Shown here: piece after piece, positions 63,520 to 64,000 of the stretch | How positions within the stretch are numbered: position 1 is the stretch's first letter | Layout: every line of letters starts with the position of its first letter | Origin: Curvularia clavata | Taxonomy: Eukaryota | NCBI GenBank assembly: GCA_023920165.1 | Contig: CP089275.1 | Coordinates: 3,906,001 to 3,970,000, forward strand | DNA: 64,000 nucleotides | Reading direction: 5' to 3' | Position numbers and translations under genes: made by a program | The notes under the pieces: model-generated | Databases searched by the model: none | What the model was told of the DNA's origin: nothing | The model's input: only the letters and a program-made list of their open reading frames with translations

Positions 63520-64000
63520 ATGGCGCGCAAGAGCCCAAACATTGTCATCACAGGCACACCAGGCGTAGGCAAGACGACGCACGCCGAGCAACTGGCGCAA
63601 GCGACGGGACTGAAACATCTCTCTGTGAATACAATTGTCAAAGACGAGGGGTTCCATGAGGGCAAAGATGAAGAGACGGGAAGTTGGATTGTGGATGAGG
63701 ATAAGGTACGCTATACCACACATACACATGTACATGTCCTAACGCTGTTGTTCAAAAAAGCTCCTCGACTACCTCGAGACCCTCCCCCTGCACTCCACCG
63801 GCGGCTACATCCTCGACTGGCATGCATGCGACCTCTTTCCCGAGCGCTGGATCGATCTCGTAATTGTTCTGCGATGCGAATCTTCCATCCTGTACGACCG
63901 CCTTACCGCACGAGGATACAGCGGCAAGAAGCTAGAAGAGAACATGGACAGTGAGATCATGCAGGTGTTGCTGGAGGAGGCGAGAGAAGCGTACAGAGAA
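63520..64000 (+). CDS. FAP7: Adenylate kinase 6 / Fap7; 3' end runs off the window
   Basis: [15 protein letters not shown], intron 63706-63760, [53 protein letters not shown]. Confidence 0.94.

Overview
This is eukaryotic DNA: a gene-dense, intron-containing segment of a filamentous ascomycete chromosome (Dothideomycete/Pleosporales-like by my impression of the proteins; not verifiable here). I built about 21 spliced gene models by hand from GT..CTRAC..AG signals. Most are housekeeping genes: COQ8/ABC1, NTA1, RPL39, a Mn-type CDF transporter, SNT1, DYS1, ADI1, striatin, H2A.Z, VRG4, PLP1, ZWF1, SER3, MYO2, a SUT1-like transporter, NAP1 and FAP7. There is also a secreted GH78 rhamnosidase and one complete 1908-bp pogo/Fot1-type DNA transposon, with perfect 81-bp TIRs, a TA target duplication and a transposase inactivated by RIP-like changes. 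I found no tRNA, rRNA or CRISPR array, and no convincing novel multi-gene system. The most unusual items are two chimeric proteins: a USP7-like pseudo-deubiquitinase fused to MORN repeats and a RING finger, and a HeLo-like/SesA domain fused to a degenerate RhoGEF DH-PH module. The transposon's position in the rhamnosidase promoter is also notable. All domain calls rest on recalled motifs, not database searches.
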